Part shown: piece by piece, positions 46,867 to 63,314 of the stretch
How positions within the stretch are numbered: the stretch's first letter is position 1
How the letters are laid out: each line of letters opens with the position of its first letter
Origin: the human T2T-CHM13v2.0 reference genome, Homo sapiens
DNA length: 64,000 nt
Reading direction: 5' to 3' (one strand)
Assembly (NCBI RefSeq): GCF_009914755.1
Contig: NC_060936.1
Position numbers and translations under genes: made by a program
Notes under the pieces: generated by a model
What the model was told of the DNA's origin: nothing
Database searches by the model: none
Seen by the model: only the letters and a program-made list of their open reading frames with translations

Positions 46867-48713
46867 AAATTATCCTGCATCAATGGCAGCACCTGTGCTT
46901 ATAGAAAACCGTATGTTTAGGGTACAGATGTTTGTGCATATGCTGAGAATGTGTATTCTTGCAACATCTCTGAAAATGTTGCGATTTTTTTCTCTCTCTT
47001 TTTTTAAGTACTACTTTATTGAGTTACATGGGACATACAATAAAATATCCTATTATAACTATACAATTGAAACATTTTGGTAATTTTGTATAGCCATGTA
47101 ATCACCATAACAATCAAGATGTAAAACCTTTCATTCACCTTAAAAAGTTCATTTGTGCCCCTTTATGGTCATTCACATCCCCTTTTCTGAGTATAGTTTT
47201 ACAATATATTCTTTCAGAAAGCTTGCAATTTTCCATTCTTGAATATGTCTTTGAAAGATCAAAAGTTGTAATTTTGATGAAGTGAAGTTTATCCAACTTT
47301 TTATTTATTGTTACTGTTTATATCACATTATTAAAAAAAACCTTGCCTAGCCCTCTAAAATTGTTCAAATTTTATTTGATAAAAGTATTTGATAAAATTC
47401 AAATACTTAGTATAGAAAAAATAAACTTTTAGATTTTGTTTCAATTTTATTTTTTAGCCCCATGTCTTTCTCTCTCTGACATATAGACAACTCCTATTTT
47501 TATCAAACTAAACATATTATACAAACAATAAATCAAAATAATAAAATAGTGATAATTTTAAAACTTAGACTATTAAAGAAATATATTTTATTTAGTTATG
47601 TGATTTCATGATAGAAAGCATTGTATAAATGATGCAAGAAACCCCACAAACCATAGCAATCATTTAAAAAAAAAACGTGCTTTAAAATCTTCTACAGGAA
47701 GAAATTAAAAACAAATGTAGAGATAGGGAAAAATATTTTAACATAAAATTTTAGTTTCAGAAAATACAAAGCATTCTGACATTTGACTTACAAAAAGACA
47801 ACTCAAATAGAGAAATAGAGGAAATAATAAAAATAGGCAACTAGTTCATCAAAGAAAAAGGGATTGAATTATAAGTAAAACATAAAGTGTTCTTAGCTTT
47901 CTGATAACTAGGGAAATTTAAACAGAAATAGTAATAAGATATGTTTGAATAACCATCAGATGATAATCGACAATGAGAAAGAATGAAGTTGGGAATATAA
48001 TGTATTTCTAATAAAACCGAAAATAAACACATCTAAAAATCTAGTGATTCTACTTCTAAGAATATGCAGAATATGCACATCTTATGATCTAGCAATTCCA
48101 CTTCTAAGAATATACACTAAAGTTACTCTTAACCACTGCTCACTCTAAACATTAGAAATACCCAAATATCTTTATAAACTATGTATTTGCATATCAATAG
48201 GTATAGAACGCAGAAATATTCTCTTGAGAGGATAAATAGGCAGCAGACCACACACAACATTTAAACAGTATATAGTAAAATTATGGAAATTACTTTTGAA
48301 GGCCCCCGTCATCTGCATACGAATGCTTATTCGAGGAAAAGGAGGAAAGAAATAGGACCTAAAGGAAGAACAAAGAGAGTTTGACATTGTCTGTAATATT
48401 TGCTTTTATATAAATATAGGAATTATACCTATCAGAAATTGTATGTAATAAACAACCACAACAGCTCAGTGGCAAATGAAAATAATAATTTATTTTCCAC
48501 ATCTATAGTGCATAGGATGGCCCTGCCATTCACATCTGCATTATGCCTGTATTTGAAGACTGGCTGGTGTTCTGTGTGTCCAGGCTGGGCTCAGCTAGGC
48601 ACCACCACTTCAAGCTGCAGATCTGCTTGATTCAATTGTACTGTAAGTGTTTTTAATCTGGATCCCAGATGGAAAGAGTAGCAGATACCTACAGGAAGTT
48701 CTTGTGGGGATGG

Positions 48714-49180
48714 TGAAACCGGCCTAATTTTCCCATAGAACTGATGCTTACAGTTGTTTGAATAAAGAGAAATTGACCCTCCATGTCTTAAAACTTGAAA
48801 CTTACTTTTGTATTATGAGTTCCTTCCTCAGTAACTCATAATAGTTTCTTCCTCAAACAAGAAACTAAAACTCACCAGATGACTACATCCAGACAATAAG
48901 ACGCCAGACCCCTCACCCATCATGATTTTCTAACCCCTCCCTAATTACTTTTTACCAATTCCTCTTCCTAACCCTTCCCTAATTCCTGTTTTCCTACATG
49001 TAGCTACATTCCTGCCCCGCTATATAAACCTCTGAGTGTAGTTGGTTGGGGATAGGGAGATGGATTTGAGACTTAACTCCTACCTCCTTCACTACAGCAC
49101 CCAAACAGTGACTTCTGCCCTAGCAATACTTACTGTCTCGGTGATTGTCTTTCTATGCTGTCAGCAGCAGGACCTAGATA
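48714..49180 (+). mobile_element. LTR47-like ERVL solo LTR, inserted in an older MLT1 relic
   Basis: TGAAACCGGCCTAATTTTCCCATAGAACTGATG...GACGCCAGACCCCTCACCCATCATGA...CTATATAAACC. Confidence 0.65.
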
Positions 49181-50933
49181 ATTGTTCCCTCCTCTAGTGG
49201 ATGCATTTGATGATGGGACCTATAGAGTGATAAAGACAAAAACCCAGGACAGAGCCTGGGTTTTGAGTGGCTCTCTTGCGGACAACCACATGAGCAATAA
49301 AAGAATTTTGATTGGTTTCCTCCTCAGATATTTAAGCCTATTTGTTATGCTATTTACTCTAACTAATAGTTGTACCCTAGTAATTATCTTGCAGAAGCCA
49401 TTTCCAATGTGAATGAGCGTAATAATTATTAGAATGATTTCAGACATGTTAGCTCAAAGAAAAAAATAAGCTCTCACAGGAAAATACTGAGATTCACTTT
49501 CTCAATCTTTTTAGAGAAGGTACATTATACAGAGTCATGAATGTCAATACCTAAAATTATGTGGTAATAAATTTAATAATGTTTCAGAAATGCTTAAAAT
49601 ATCTGTAAAAATGAGATAAATGTGTTTGATTGTTCTTTCAAAATGTGTTGTTTTCAAGAAAGAGAAGCTATATATTTGAAAAATTGTTAACAAATCTGAT
49701 TGCATGGAAGATCATACAATAAATATTTATATATACATAATGTTCTATTAAAAGGTAAACACTGACTATGAAAAACACTTCTATAATTGGCTCAGTGTAA
49801 TTGAGCTCACCATTCAGCCTTTTATAAAACGTTCATCACTAAATGCTTTTAAATAATGTATGAGTCATGTAATTGCTCTGAGTATTTTTATAATGACTGT
49901 AGTTCATACTAGAAAATGTACCTACTACCTATATGGGTCTCCCATAAAACCATATTGAACCCTAATAGATATGAATTTGAAAGCAGATATCAGTAGATTT
50001 ATTCTAAGAAGGAAAATATAATTAAACTTTATCACCTCTATTTACAGTTTCAAATTAAAGGTAAAAAGACATTAAAAATTTAAACACATAATACATAGCT
50101 TTTTCAACTTTAGATATTACAAAAATGCAAATATTTTCAATAAAATCCAGATGGCTACAATTGCTAAGAACTTAGTTAATTAAAATTATTTTTAATTCAA
50201 AATGTGTACTTCCTTGTAATTGATTTTAAATTACTTAATTCCTTTCTGCATGATTTATGTCATTAACAAAACCAAGTTGCCACTAAGAAAATAATCCAAA
50301 GAATTAACCAGTGATAAATTAGGCTCTTTGGAGTATATACCTGTGAGCCATGTCATTTCAAAGTTAAAGCAGCGTTTTTGATGCTTTGACAAGGAGAAGA
50401 AATTGAATATAGAAATTGCCTTTATCAATATTTTACAGCATAGTACTTGAATAATAATGTTAAAAACAAGGAAATTGTTACTTTTATTGTGCTCATTGAT
50501 AAATTGATTTAGTGCTAATGTGTTCAGACCTAATCAAATTCCTCTTTACCAGAAATGGATTTTGACCCCCTTTTCCCAACCATATTGAATGCCTTCATTT
50601 CTAGACAGTAAAGCTAGAAGCTATAAAATATATGACAGTGTCAGGGCACTCTCAGAGTATGCTGGACCCATTCTCATAATACCAGATAACTTTATGGCGT
50701 TTCCAGGATGCATAGGACTCAGGTTACATTTCCAACATGAAAGTACATGTTCCTTTAACAAATTACCTTTTCATGAAGTTTGACTGTATTGTGCCCCATT
50801 ATTTCCAATTAGCATGGTGATGCTTATTTTGCTTATTTTTCACCTTCAATTGCTATAGCTCTATGCAAATGCTTTTTCTCAAAAAACTGGCCTTTTCACC
50901 TTTACCAGATTGCTAATTTTCTCATGAAATTCC

Positions 50934-50937
<4 letters not shown>

Positions 50938-50977
<40 letters not shown>

Positions 50978-51058
50978 TATAATATTATATATAATATATA
51001 AAATATATATTATAAATATATATTATATATATAATCTTTATATATTATATTATATAAT
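50938..51058. repeat. (TA)n(CA)n microsatellite plus AT-only low-complexity tract
   Basis: Read directly. Confidence 0.9.
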
Positions 51059-51318
51059 CTTTTTTGGTTTTTGAATAATCTTTATTCTAACCTGTGCTTA
51101 TGAACATTTTATGTGCCATTACTGTAGTAGATTTTTGTTTGTATTTTGGTCGTAAGCACATATTCCTCTTTCTGAGTGCAATATCACCAATACTTTCTTT
51201 GGGGCATTTGTTTTTCCCTACTTTTCTCATTTGTATATTCTATTTGAGACTTATTTTAAAAAGTCCCTGATTATGGCAATTGTCTCAAGTATATGCAGCC
51301 AACCTAATCAGATATATA

Positions 51319-52308
51319 CAGTTGACCCTTGAACAACAGAGGTTTGAACTATGTAGGTTCACTTATATGTATATTTTTTTCCAATAAACACATTGGAAAA
51401 TTTTGTGAAGATTTGCAACAGTTTAAAAAAACCACAGGTGAACTGTGTAGCCTACAAATATCAGAAAAATTCAGAAAAAGCAAGGCATGCATGAAAACAT
51501 AAAATATATGTAAGATTAGTCTATTTTATCATTTAGTACCATCAAATATACACAATATCTATTACAAAAGTAAAATTTATCAAAACTTACACAAACATTT
51601 ACAGACCATACCTGGCTGCCATTTGCAATCAAGAGCAATGTAATCAAGTGTACAGATGCAGTAATAAATAATAACTGCATAAAATTAATTGTAGCATACT
51701 GTACTTATAGCCAGCTCCTATTGCTATTGTGGTGAGCTCAAGTGTAGCAGGTATCCACTTAAAATGCCTGGTGATGCTAATTATCTCCACATGACCACTT
51801 TACCTCTTCAGTAAGTTGCACTATTACAGGAAAAAGTGATCTCTCATGATTCTTGTGTATTTTTTATTGTGCTTAGCGCAAAACTGTAAACATCGAATAA
51901 CATCATGGGACGTATAAGAAATCACTAGTGATACTGGAAGTACTGCCAAGAAGAGAGAAGTCAAGACATTACAAAAAAAAGGTGAATTGCTTGATATGCA
52001 CTATAGATTGAAGACTGCAGTTGCAGCTGCTCACCATTTCCAAAAGAGAATCCATTTTGTAAATAAACAGTGGAAGTACTGTAAATGTATTTTTTCTTCC
52101 TTATAATTTTATTAGAAATGTTGTCTTTTTTATTTTACTTTGTGTTAAGAATACAGTATGTAACATATAAAAATGCTTTAATCAACTGTTTATGTTATTA
52201 ATAAGCCTTCATTGACAGTGGGCAATTAGTAGTTGTGTTACGGTGGGGTTAAAAGTTACAGGTGGATTTTGGACTGTACAGCAGTTGGGGATGTTAAAGG
52301 CTCAACTA
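51319..52308. mobile_element. Tigger2-family non-autonomous DNA transposon (Tigger2b-like)
   Basis: TA|CAGTTGACCCTTGAACAAC left TIR and degenerate right TIR TGTTAAAGGCTCAACTA|TA, ~990 bp. Confidence 0.85.
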
Positions 52309-53049
52309 TATTTATGTGTGTGTGTGTATGTATATATATATTTGGTTATTTATATCTGATTATATATACAATATATATACATACTCTATAATACACACAT
52401 GCTTGCACACACATATACACCTATATATATATTTCAACACAGAGGTTACTGAAGGTAAAACTGCTATAGCCATATTGTCTCTATGATGGGAGAACCTGTT
52501 TCAAACTGGGTCTAAGTGAGAAAACAAAACAAAACAAAAAACCTCTCTTTGGCTTAAGGCAAAAACAATTGGAATCACTCTCAATCGTCTCCTTTTTTTT
52601 AACACCTAAAAAATTCTGCCAGACCTATATGAAAAGATATCCCCAAACCAACTATTTGTCACCTTTCTGCTTAAATTGCTAGTTAATGGTACCTCAATAT
52701 TTTTGCCTGGACTGGTACAATCACTTTCTAATAATTCTCATTTTTCCATTCTAGTTATCACAATTCATTGTCATCTGTCAGTCAGAAATTAGAATTTCTG
52801 AATTTGACTGTGACACAGTAGTTTAGATTAAAATATCATACACTCTTGAACAACTAGAGAAGAGAAATAAAAATACTTCTTCAAAAATGTTTGATTGTAT
52901 CAGAGAGTATATACAGCCAAAAATGAAGTTTCCAGGATCATGGAGAGAAGACAAACATATGGAAGGAAGTGGGGCTTTTTCTTCTTTTTGCCCATCAAGA
53001 GTTACCAATTTCTATGAAAGGTGGGTCTAGAGACAAAGTAGAAAGCAGC

Positions 53050-54350
53050 AGCATATGCATTCTTTCAACATATCAAAACATGCAGAGAGCATCCAAAGCT
53101 TAGAGGCAATGTTACAGCCTTCAATGCATCAGAAATGAAAAAAAAATTGCTGAATTCATTACACATATATCTATGTATGTATGTGTATATATACATGTAT
53201 GTGTGTATGTATGGTGAATATCTATATTCATATATATGTATACATATATGTGTATTTATACACACACACATATCATATATTAAAAACTTAGAACACACAC
53301 AGCAAATTAGATCCAAAAAAGTAGAATAAAGTAAATAATACTAAGATCAGATTTATTTATGTAAATGATAAAATCCAACAAGGTGTTCCCAAAGAGAAAG
53401 AGAGAGAGGAGAGAGCAAACATGAGAGCATACACTATCAAAATTCAGAATAAAGACAGTATATAAGTAAATATCCTATGGCTGAATAGATTAAACGTTAT
53501 TAAAAATTATGCCAATAATTTAAATTTTATATTAAATGAAAAATTTCTTTTGAAAGGCAAAATATAAGTGACATAGTAAAATAGAGAAGATAGAAATAAT
53601 CCTTTATTTATTAAATACATTAATATATAAATGCAAATCATTCTGCAAAGTAAACTTCAAGTTTAGGTTGCTTTACAGAGAACCTTCTCAAACATGTAAG
53701 GAAGAAACAATCCACCAATTTATGCAAACTCTTTGTGACAAAAGAAAATAGGATGTACTGTTTACTTTATCCAATGATGTTTATATAACTTTGTTTCATA
53801 ACTGGATACAGACATTACAGGAAATCAAAATTACAGGTCAGAATTTTGCATTAATATAAACACAAAAATCTGAAATAAATATTTGCAAGTTGAATTCAGG
53901 AAAATATAAAAATATCACAATCGAATTTGATTTATTGCTTGAATGTAATCTTAGTTTATCATGTGAAAAGCAGCTTAAGTAATTTATCAAATTGAAAAAT
54001 GAAATAGATAATAGTATAATTGCTATACATAAGAAGTCTTTTGATAAAATTTAACTCCTTGCATACTGCCTTGATGGGAGTTCTGGAACAGGCATATACA
54101 TTCTCCAGATTTATGAGCAAGCTTCCACACAGAAAGAAGATGGTCTCCTTAATAATAAAACTTGTTTAATTGTATAGCCACATTGGAAAAAGAATAAATT
54201 CTGAACTCTACATTACCCTATACACAAAAATACATTCTGAGTTGATAGTATGGGAAAAAATATATTAAAAAGAGAAGAAGAGAAATGTTTCTAGAAGATA
54301 ACAAAGGAAATTATCTTCATTACATTGGAATTTTAAAAATTATTTTTATT
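53050..54350 (+). mobile_element. Old L1M ORF2 relic
   Basis: A-rich degenerate ORF2 motifs (ACAAAAATCTGAAATAAATATTTGCAAGTTGAATTCAG, TTTGATAAAATTTAAC). Confidence 0.6.
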
Positions 54351-54371
54351 TGTTTTTCCCCCTTAGCACAT

Positions 54372-55018
54372 GTATTGTTATTTATTTTATTTTATTTTAA
54401 GTTCTAAAGTGCATGTGCAAGAAGTGCAGGTTTGTTACACAGTTAAACGCGTACCATGGTGGTTGCTGTACCTATCAACCTATCACCTAGGTATTAAGCT
54501 CAGCATGCATTACCTCTTTTTCCTAATGCTCTTCCCCCGCCCACCCTCCCTCAACAGGCCCCAGTGTGTGTTCTTCCCCTCCCTATGTCATGTCCATGTG
54601 TTCTCACTGTTCATATCCCACTTATAAGTGAGAACATGCAGTGCTTGGTTTTCTGTTCCTGCATTAGTTTGCTGAGCATAATGGCTCTCAGGTTCATCCA
54701 TGTCCCTGCAAAGGACATGATCTTGTTCCTTTTTATGGCTGCATAGTATTCCATGGTGTATATATGCCAAATTTTCTTTTTCCAGTGTATCATTGATGGG
54801 GGTTTGGGTTGATTCCATGTCTTTGCTATTGTGAATAGTGCTGCAATGAACATACATGTGCATGTATCGTTATAACAGAATGATTTATATTCCATGGGTA
54901 TACACCCAGTAATTGCTGGGTCAAATGATATTTCTATTTCTAAATCTTCGAGGAATTGCCACACTGTCTACCATAATGGCTGAACTAATTTACATTCCCA
55001 CCAACAGTGTAAAAGTGT
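54372..55018 (-). mobile_element. L1PA8-10-like 3' fragment
   Basis: Antisense peptide CMFIAALFTIAKTWNQPK..KKIWHIYTMEYYAAIKRN and an older-PA 3'UTR (CACCTAGGTATTAAGC). Confidence 0.88.
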
Positions 55019-55129
55019 CATAATTAGGAAAAAACACACAATTACATCAGAAAAGATTGACAAATTGGAAACCTTTAAAATTAGGACTCATGATAGACAC
55101 CATTAAAATAATGAAACATAATTCAACAA

Positions 55130-56810
55130 GATGTCCTTCAAAAGGTAAATGAATGAACAGTCTGTGTATCATTTGATGGATATGGAATGTTATTGGGAAG
55201 GAATTATTATTGAAAAATTAAACCCTATAAGTCAAGTCACAAAAAGACTTGGGAAAACCTTAAATACCTATTCATAAGTGAGAGAAGCAAATCCTAAAAT
55301 GATACATATTATATGATCCCAACTCTGTGACATTTTGGAAAGGGCAAAACTATGGAGACGGAAAAGGGATCAATGGTTGCCAGGGGGTTGGGGTGAAGGA
55401 AGAAAATATCATTAGGTAGAACCCAGGGGATCTTTAGGGCACTGAAACTATTCTGTATGTTGCTATAATGGCAGATACATAACATTATACAGTTGTCAAA
55501 ATCCATAGAGCTGCACAATACACAGAGCAAACTGCAAAGTTAACTGTGGACTTTGGTCAATAATAGCATATTAGTATTGATTCATCCATTGTAACAAGCA
55601 TATGACATATTACTAGTTGTTGGCACGGGGAAAGCAGTGTTTGGAGGGTGAAGTTATATATATATGTATATATATATGATTTCTGCTCATATATATACAT
55701 GATTTCTGCTCATATATATACACGAGTTCTGCTCATATATATACACGAGATCTGCTCATATATATATACACGAGTTCTGCTCATATATAAATACACGAGT
55801 TCTGCTCATATATATGTATACACGAGTTCTGCTCATATATATGTATACACGAGTTCTGCTCATATATATATATGAGTTCTGCTCATATATATATATATAT
55901 GAGTTCTGCTCATATATATATATATATATGAGTTCTGCTCATATATATATATATGAGTTCTGCTCATATATATATATATGAGTTCTGCTCATATATATAT
56001 ATATGAGTTCTGCTCATATATATATATATGAGTTCTGCTCATATATATATATATATGAGTTCTGCTCATATATATATATATATGAGTTCTGCTCATATAT
56101 ATATATATATGAGTTCTGCTCATATATATATATATGAGTTCTGCTCATATATATATATATATGAGTTCTGCTCATATATATATATATATGAGTTCTGCTC
56201 ATATATATATATATATGAGTTCTGCTCATATATATATATATATGAGTTCTGCTCATATATATATATGAGTTCTGCTCATATATATATATATGAGTTCTGC
56301 TCATATATATATATGAGTTCTGCTCATATATATATATGAGTTCTGCTCATATATATATATATGAGTTCTGCTCATATATATATACATATGAGTTCTGCTC
56401 ATATATATATATATGAGTTCTGCTCATATATATATATATGAGTTCTGCTCATATATATATATATGAGTTCTGCTCATATATATATATATGAGTTCTGCTC
56501 ATATATATATATATATGAGTTCTGCTCATATATATATATATATGAGTTCTGCTCATATATATATATATATGAGTTCTGCTCATATATATATATATATGAG
56601 TTCTGCTCATATATATATATATATGAGTTCTGCTCATATATATATATATATGAGTTCTGCTCATATATATATATATATGAGTTCTGCTCATATATATATA
56701 TATGAGTTCTGCTCATATATATATATATGAGTTCTGCTCATATATATATATATGAGTTCTGCTCATATATATATATGAGTTCTGCTCATATATATATATA
56801 TAGAGTTCTG

Positions 56811-56852
<42 letters not shown>

Positions 56853-56920
56853 TTCTGCTCAATTTTCTGCTAAATTTTGCTACAAACTTAAAGCTTCCCT
56901 AAAAAAATAAATTTCATTAT
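55130..56920 (+). mobile_element. L1MC 3' end, split by a minisatellite
   Basis: GACATTTTGGAAAGGGCAAAACTATGGAGAC... before the array and TTCTGCTAAATTTTGCTACAAACTTAAAGCTTCCCTAAAAAAATAAA after it. Confidence 0.82.
55678..56860. repeat. AT-rich palindromic minisatellite: ~46 units of GAGTTCTGCTC(AT)n, mostly 23-29 bp
   Basis: 46 TCTGCTC cores counted by eye, separated by variable (AT)n spacers. Confidence 0.96.
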
Positions 56921-57696
56921 AAAAATCCACAGTTGGAAAAGACTTTTGAAATTTATATATTCAACAAACAACTTACGTTTAAAACCTTCCTACAAAATAA
57001 GAAAAATAAAGACAATTGATGATATAAAAGAAGTGTGAAAAGGCACTTAAAATGTGAAAAGGCATTTAAAATGTAGGCTACCAAATGGCCAACAAACCTA
57101 AGAAAAAATGCTCAAATTCAATAGTCATCAAATTAATGGACACTACCTTCATGAAGAGATGCCACTGTAAATCTTCAGAATGGCAAAAATTAAAAACTTG
57201 GCAATACCTAGTGAGGATGTAGAACAATTTTCAGTTTCATATATTATTGGTATATTTGAACCCTGTCATTATCTGCTGGAGCTGAAAATGCACTATCCTA
57301 TGACTCAGAAATTCCACACCTGGGCATATAACCAAAAAATTTGGTACATATGTGTGTGTAAAGACATGTGCTAGAATATTCATAGAAGCAATTATCCATA
57401 GTAATGAAAAACTAGAATCATCCCAAATGTCCATCTACAGTAGAATGTATACATTTGAGTATTAACAAGTGATAGAATATAGAGTAAAAATAAACAAGCT
57501 ACTGCATGTATACATACACTTCATAAAATGTTTACTTAAAAACAAAACTAATTCAGATTAGATTGTTCCTCTGCTCAAAACCTTTAAATGAAACTCCAAG
57601 CCAATATAAAAGTCCAGTCAATCTAAATTCAGAATCCAATCTCTTAATCACTGGGATACATTGCCCTTCTTTCCAGCAAGGTATGTTAGTTAATAG

Positions 57697-57983
<287 letters not shown>

Positions 57984-59659
57984 AATCTATTTTTTATTAA
58001 TTAGTTAAAGGATACAATATCTTAGTCATACATACATAATTGCACAGAAGACCTAGCAAGTGTCACACACTCATTTCAATGTGTGGTTTCCTTAGCATCA
58101 CTGTGGTTCCTCACTATGGGTCAAGTATCTGCCAGTGATAACGCCTGGTTAAAAATGGGATTTAAAGTATAATTCCTAGAGAATCTAATTCTGAACCTTT
58201 CTCAGAGGACATTAATGGCTTCATGACTACTCTCAATTGTTTGAAAAAAAAAATCCTGGCTAGATATTTGCTTTCTGGCCTAATGCAAGCAGATACAAGC
58301 CATAATAAACTATGTAAGATAGAATTCAGATACTAGTCTTCCATATCCATTTCCTTTCTCAATGCAGGAGATGATGAATAAGGCTCCAGCACATGATCAA
58401 GAAAATTCCGTAGATCAGGTTTAATTTAACATCCAATTTCCAAATGTAATTAGGATATGCCAGTTTAGGTGAGGCCAGAAGTCAGGCCCACCTAAAATTC
58501 TATACATACATAAACCAGAGTCAGCACAAATGTCATCTTTCAAAGTTCAGCACTTCCCTCTTCCTAAATAAATTCTTTCTCATCTGTTTATTTTTCCATG
58601 TGGAATATCTATAACAGCAGAGTATAATGGAAGATGTGAAATGGTTAAGCATACCTTGTAAGTTTTGTAGCTAAGGAAGTTATTTAACACATTTAATAAT
58701 TTTAAAGAAAATGAGTAAAGGTCTTTGTCTTTACTATGACTTAGGTTCATTTGTATGTACTGGAGATAACCTTGGATTATGCAAGATAGAAATGTATTTC
58801 TCTAGCATACTAAAATTTACATACATGTAATTTAGTCCTGGTCAGATATCTCCAACACCTTTACAGACTCTTTACAACTTTCTCTTTCATCATTCTTAGG
58901 GAGAAACAAATGGCCCAAAATAGGGCCCTTTAAATAAATCTAGATTTTAAACAGAAGAAGGCAGGAAAAGGAAAGGCAACAGGTCATACCATGTCCTAAT
59001 AATGACACATCCAAGATGTTTGACAAATCATTTACTCCTAGATACAAGCCAGTAATTGGTCAAACTGCCACATCAAACTTTAAGGATATCTGGTAGATGC
59101 AATCTTTAAGCCAGTGGATCATGTATCCAGTGAAAGGTTAGGAGTTTTGTCAGAAAGAGATGAGAAAACTGTTTCTGTGGGAAATCTCACAGCCTCTGTC
59201 ACAGTTGCTACAATGTGATTAAACGAAAATTCATGTTCAAGTCCTACTCCAAATAGAACCACTCTTCCTGTCTATAGGAGTCTACTGTCAAGTGCTATCC
59301 CCAGCTGATACAAATAGAAAGATAACCATTCAAAATAATAGGTAAATGAAAGTTTTGTTTTGCCTTGTCTGTAAATAAATAAACAAATATATTTTTTAAA
59401 GACTTGGAAATCAAAGAAAACCAGAAATTATTGGCAGAGATTGGGAATTTCTGAAAGAGAATCTGACTGAAGTAAAGAATGTCCTGGGACCCACAGACCA
59501 AAAGCAGTAGACATTGAATGATTTAAAATTTACAGCATTTCACAAAATTTATTTAGGAAAGAGAAAGTAGATATTTCTACAAAATCCCTTACACTGTTAT
59601 TCATTGAAGATAATTAGACATTAATGATGAAAAACCTGTTTTTAATTTGTGGTTTATTA

Positions 59660-60050
59660 CATATAAATACATTAGGCCACAATAATAAAAAGCCCAACTT
59701 CCAATAGCTTAACCACATAGATATATCTGATTTTTGTGGATCAAGAAATGCAGAATTAGTCTAGTAGTTCCATGATATCATCAAAATCCAGAGTCCTTTT
59801 ATTTTAGCTTCAAGCATCTTTGGTAGGCAGCTTTCAACTTTAGCGTTCAAAGATGGCTGTATGACATTTAAGTTAGATGAAGGCAGAAAGAAGGGGTAAG
59901 GCTAAGGAAAAAGGTTAAAATCTTCTTCGTAAGTTTCCTTTAAAAGTTGTTTCAAGCTGGAAGCTTTACTTAGAGATTTTAGCCAAAATGTTATTGACCA
60001 GGATTGTGAAATGTGGCCATCTTAAAAGAATGCTTGGGAGACTGAGAATT
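59660..60050 (-). mobile_element. Old ERVL/MaLR LTR (LTR33/MLT1-like)
   Basis: Degenerate motifs (TAGCTTAACCACATAG..., CAAAGATGGCTG, AGGCAGAAAGAAGGGG). Confidence 0.45.
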
Positions 60051-60276
60051 AGAAGACAAAGAAAAATGAGGCTATCTTGACGTCAGGTGGTCGACATACA
60101 ATGTCTGTTAGAAGTACTATTTTTAAAGTTATTATGGCAAACAACATATTTGCACTAATTTTTAACACAACTTTTAGAAAATACTGAGATAAAAATGTCT
60201 CTCTGAGTTTTTGTAAGAAAACTATCTGACCCAGTGAACCTCATCTAGAAAATACAGAAAAGATTTTACTTCCGAG

Positions 60277-60790
60277 AGTGGATATAGTCTACTATTATTC
60301 ATCTAATATCCACTTCTTAGCCTCATAATACACAGATACGTGCACCTGCATGGGAAGAGTATGTTTTCCATTCCACTAATATTGAGCTTTGTTATGTAAC
60401 CTTTATTTGGCTTCATGTAAGGAAAATGGGCATGTGCTTTGACTTGAGGTTTGAATATCTGACTTGCTTTGCCCAGTGGGATATTTATGAATAAGAGGTG
60501 ACCTAAGACTTTAAATAAGATGAGTGTTTGGGTTTGTTCTCTAGTTTTTTGTCATTAACCCTGTGAAGAATATGCTTTCCTTGCCACTTGTCCAAAGCAG
60601 ATTAGAGACACAGGAAGTAAAATGCATTTAACCCCTCATGTGGAGCCAAGCCCAGCTGAAGAAAGCATTGGTGAGCAAGAAATCAGCTCACTTTCAAATG
60701 AGTAAGCAAGATATAAATGTTTTTGAAAGTCATATAAATTTTGGGGTTTCCCTCTTATGCAATATTATTGTGGCAATAGTTTACTGAATC
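60277..60790 (+). mobile_element. MLT1H/I-type MaLR LTR
   Basis: GACTTGCTTTGCCCAGTGGGATAT...ATAAATGTTTT...GCAATATTATTGTGGCAATAG. Confidence 0.6.
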
Positions 60791-60834
60791 TTTGAGCAAA
60801 ACAGCTAAATCAGTACTTCTTTAAAATTGAGTTT

Positions 60835-61085
60835 TAATTATTCTAGTTTTAAAATATATTTGGAAATCAGGAAGTGTGATGACTCAGCCTTATTTTTCTT
60901 TTTTAAGATTGTTTTGGCTATTTAGGGTTCTTTGTGGTTCCATACAAATTTTAGGATTGATTTTTCTATTTCTGTAGAAAATGTCATTGACATTGTGATA
61001 GAGATTACAATGGATTTGTAGACTGTTTTTGTTAGTATGGACATTTTAAAAATATTAAAATGTCTTTCCATTTATGTGTGTCTTT
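60835..61085 (-). mobile_element. L1MA-type ORF2 fragment (host of the young L1 insertion)
   Basis: GAAATCAGGAAGTGTGATG...TTTGTGGTTCCATACAAATTTTAGGATTG. Confidence 0.75.
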
Positions 61086-61089
61086 AATA

Positions 61090-63314
<2,225 letters not shown>

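Noticed and set aside
46883-46900. Possible ERV primer-binding site after the LTR terminus (ATGGCAGC...)
   Set aside because: I recognise no tRNA 3'-end complement and no internal ERV sequence follows. Treated as a solo LTR, although its own TSD is not clear.
55648-56730. Repetitive ORFs (MSSAHIYIY..., EFCSYIYIY...)
   Set aside because: Translation artefacts of the minisatellite, open on both strands.
55678-56860. CRISPR-like appearance (constant palindromic repeat with variable spacers)
   Set aside because: Spacers are only (AT)n of varying length, the core is 11 bp and L1MC-derived, there are no cas genes, and the DNA is human.
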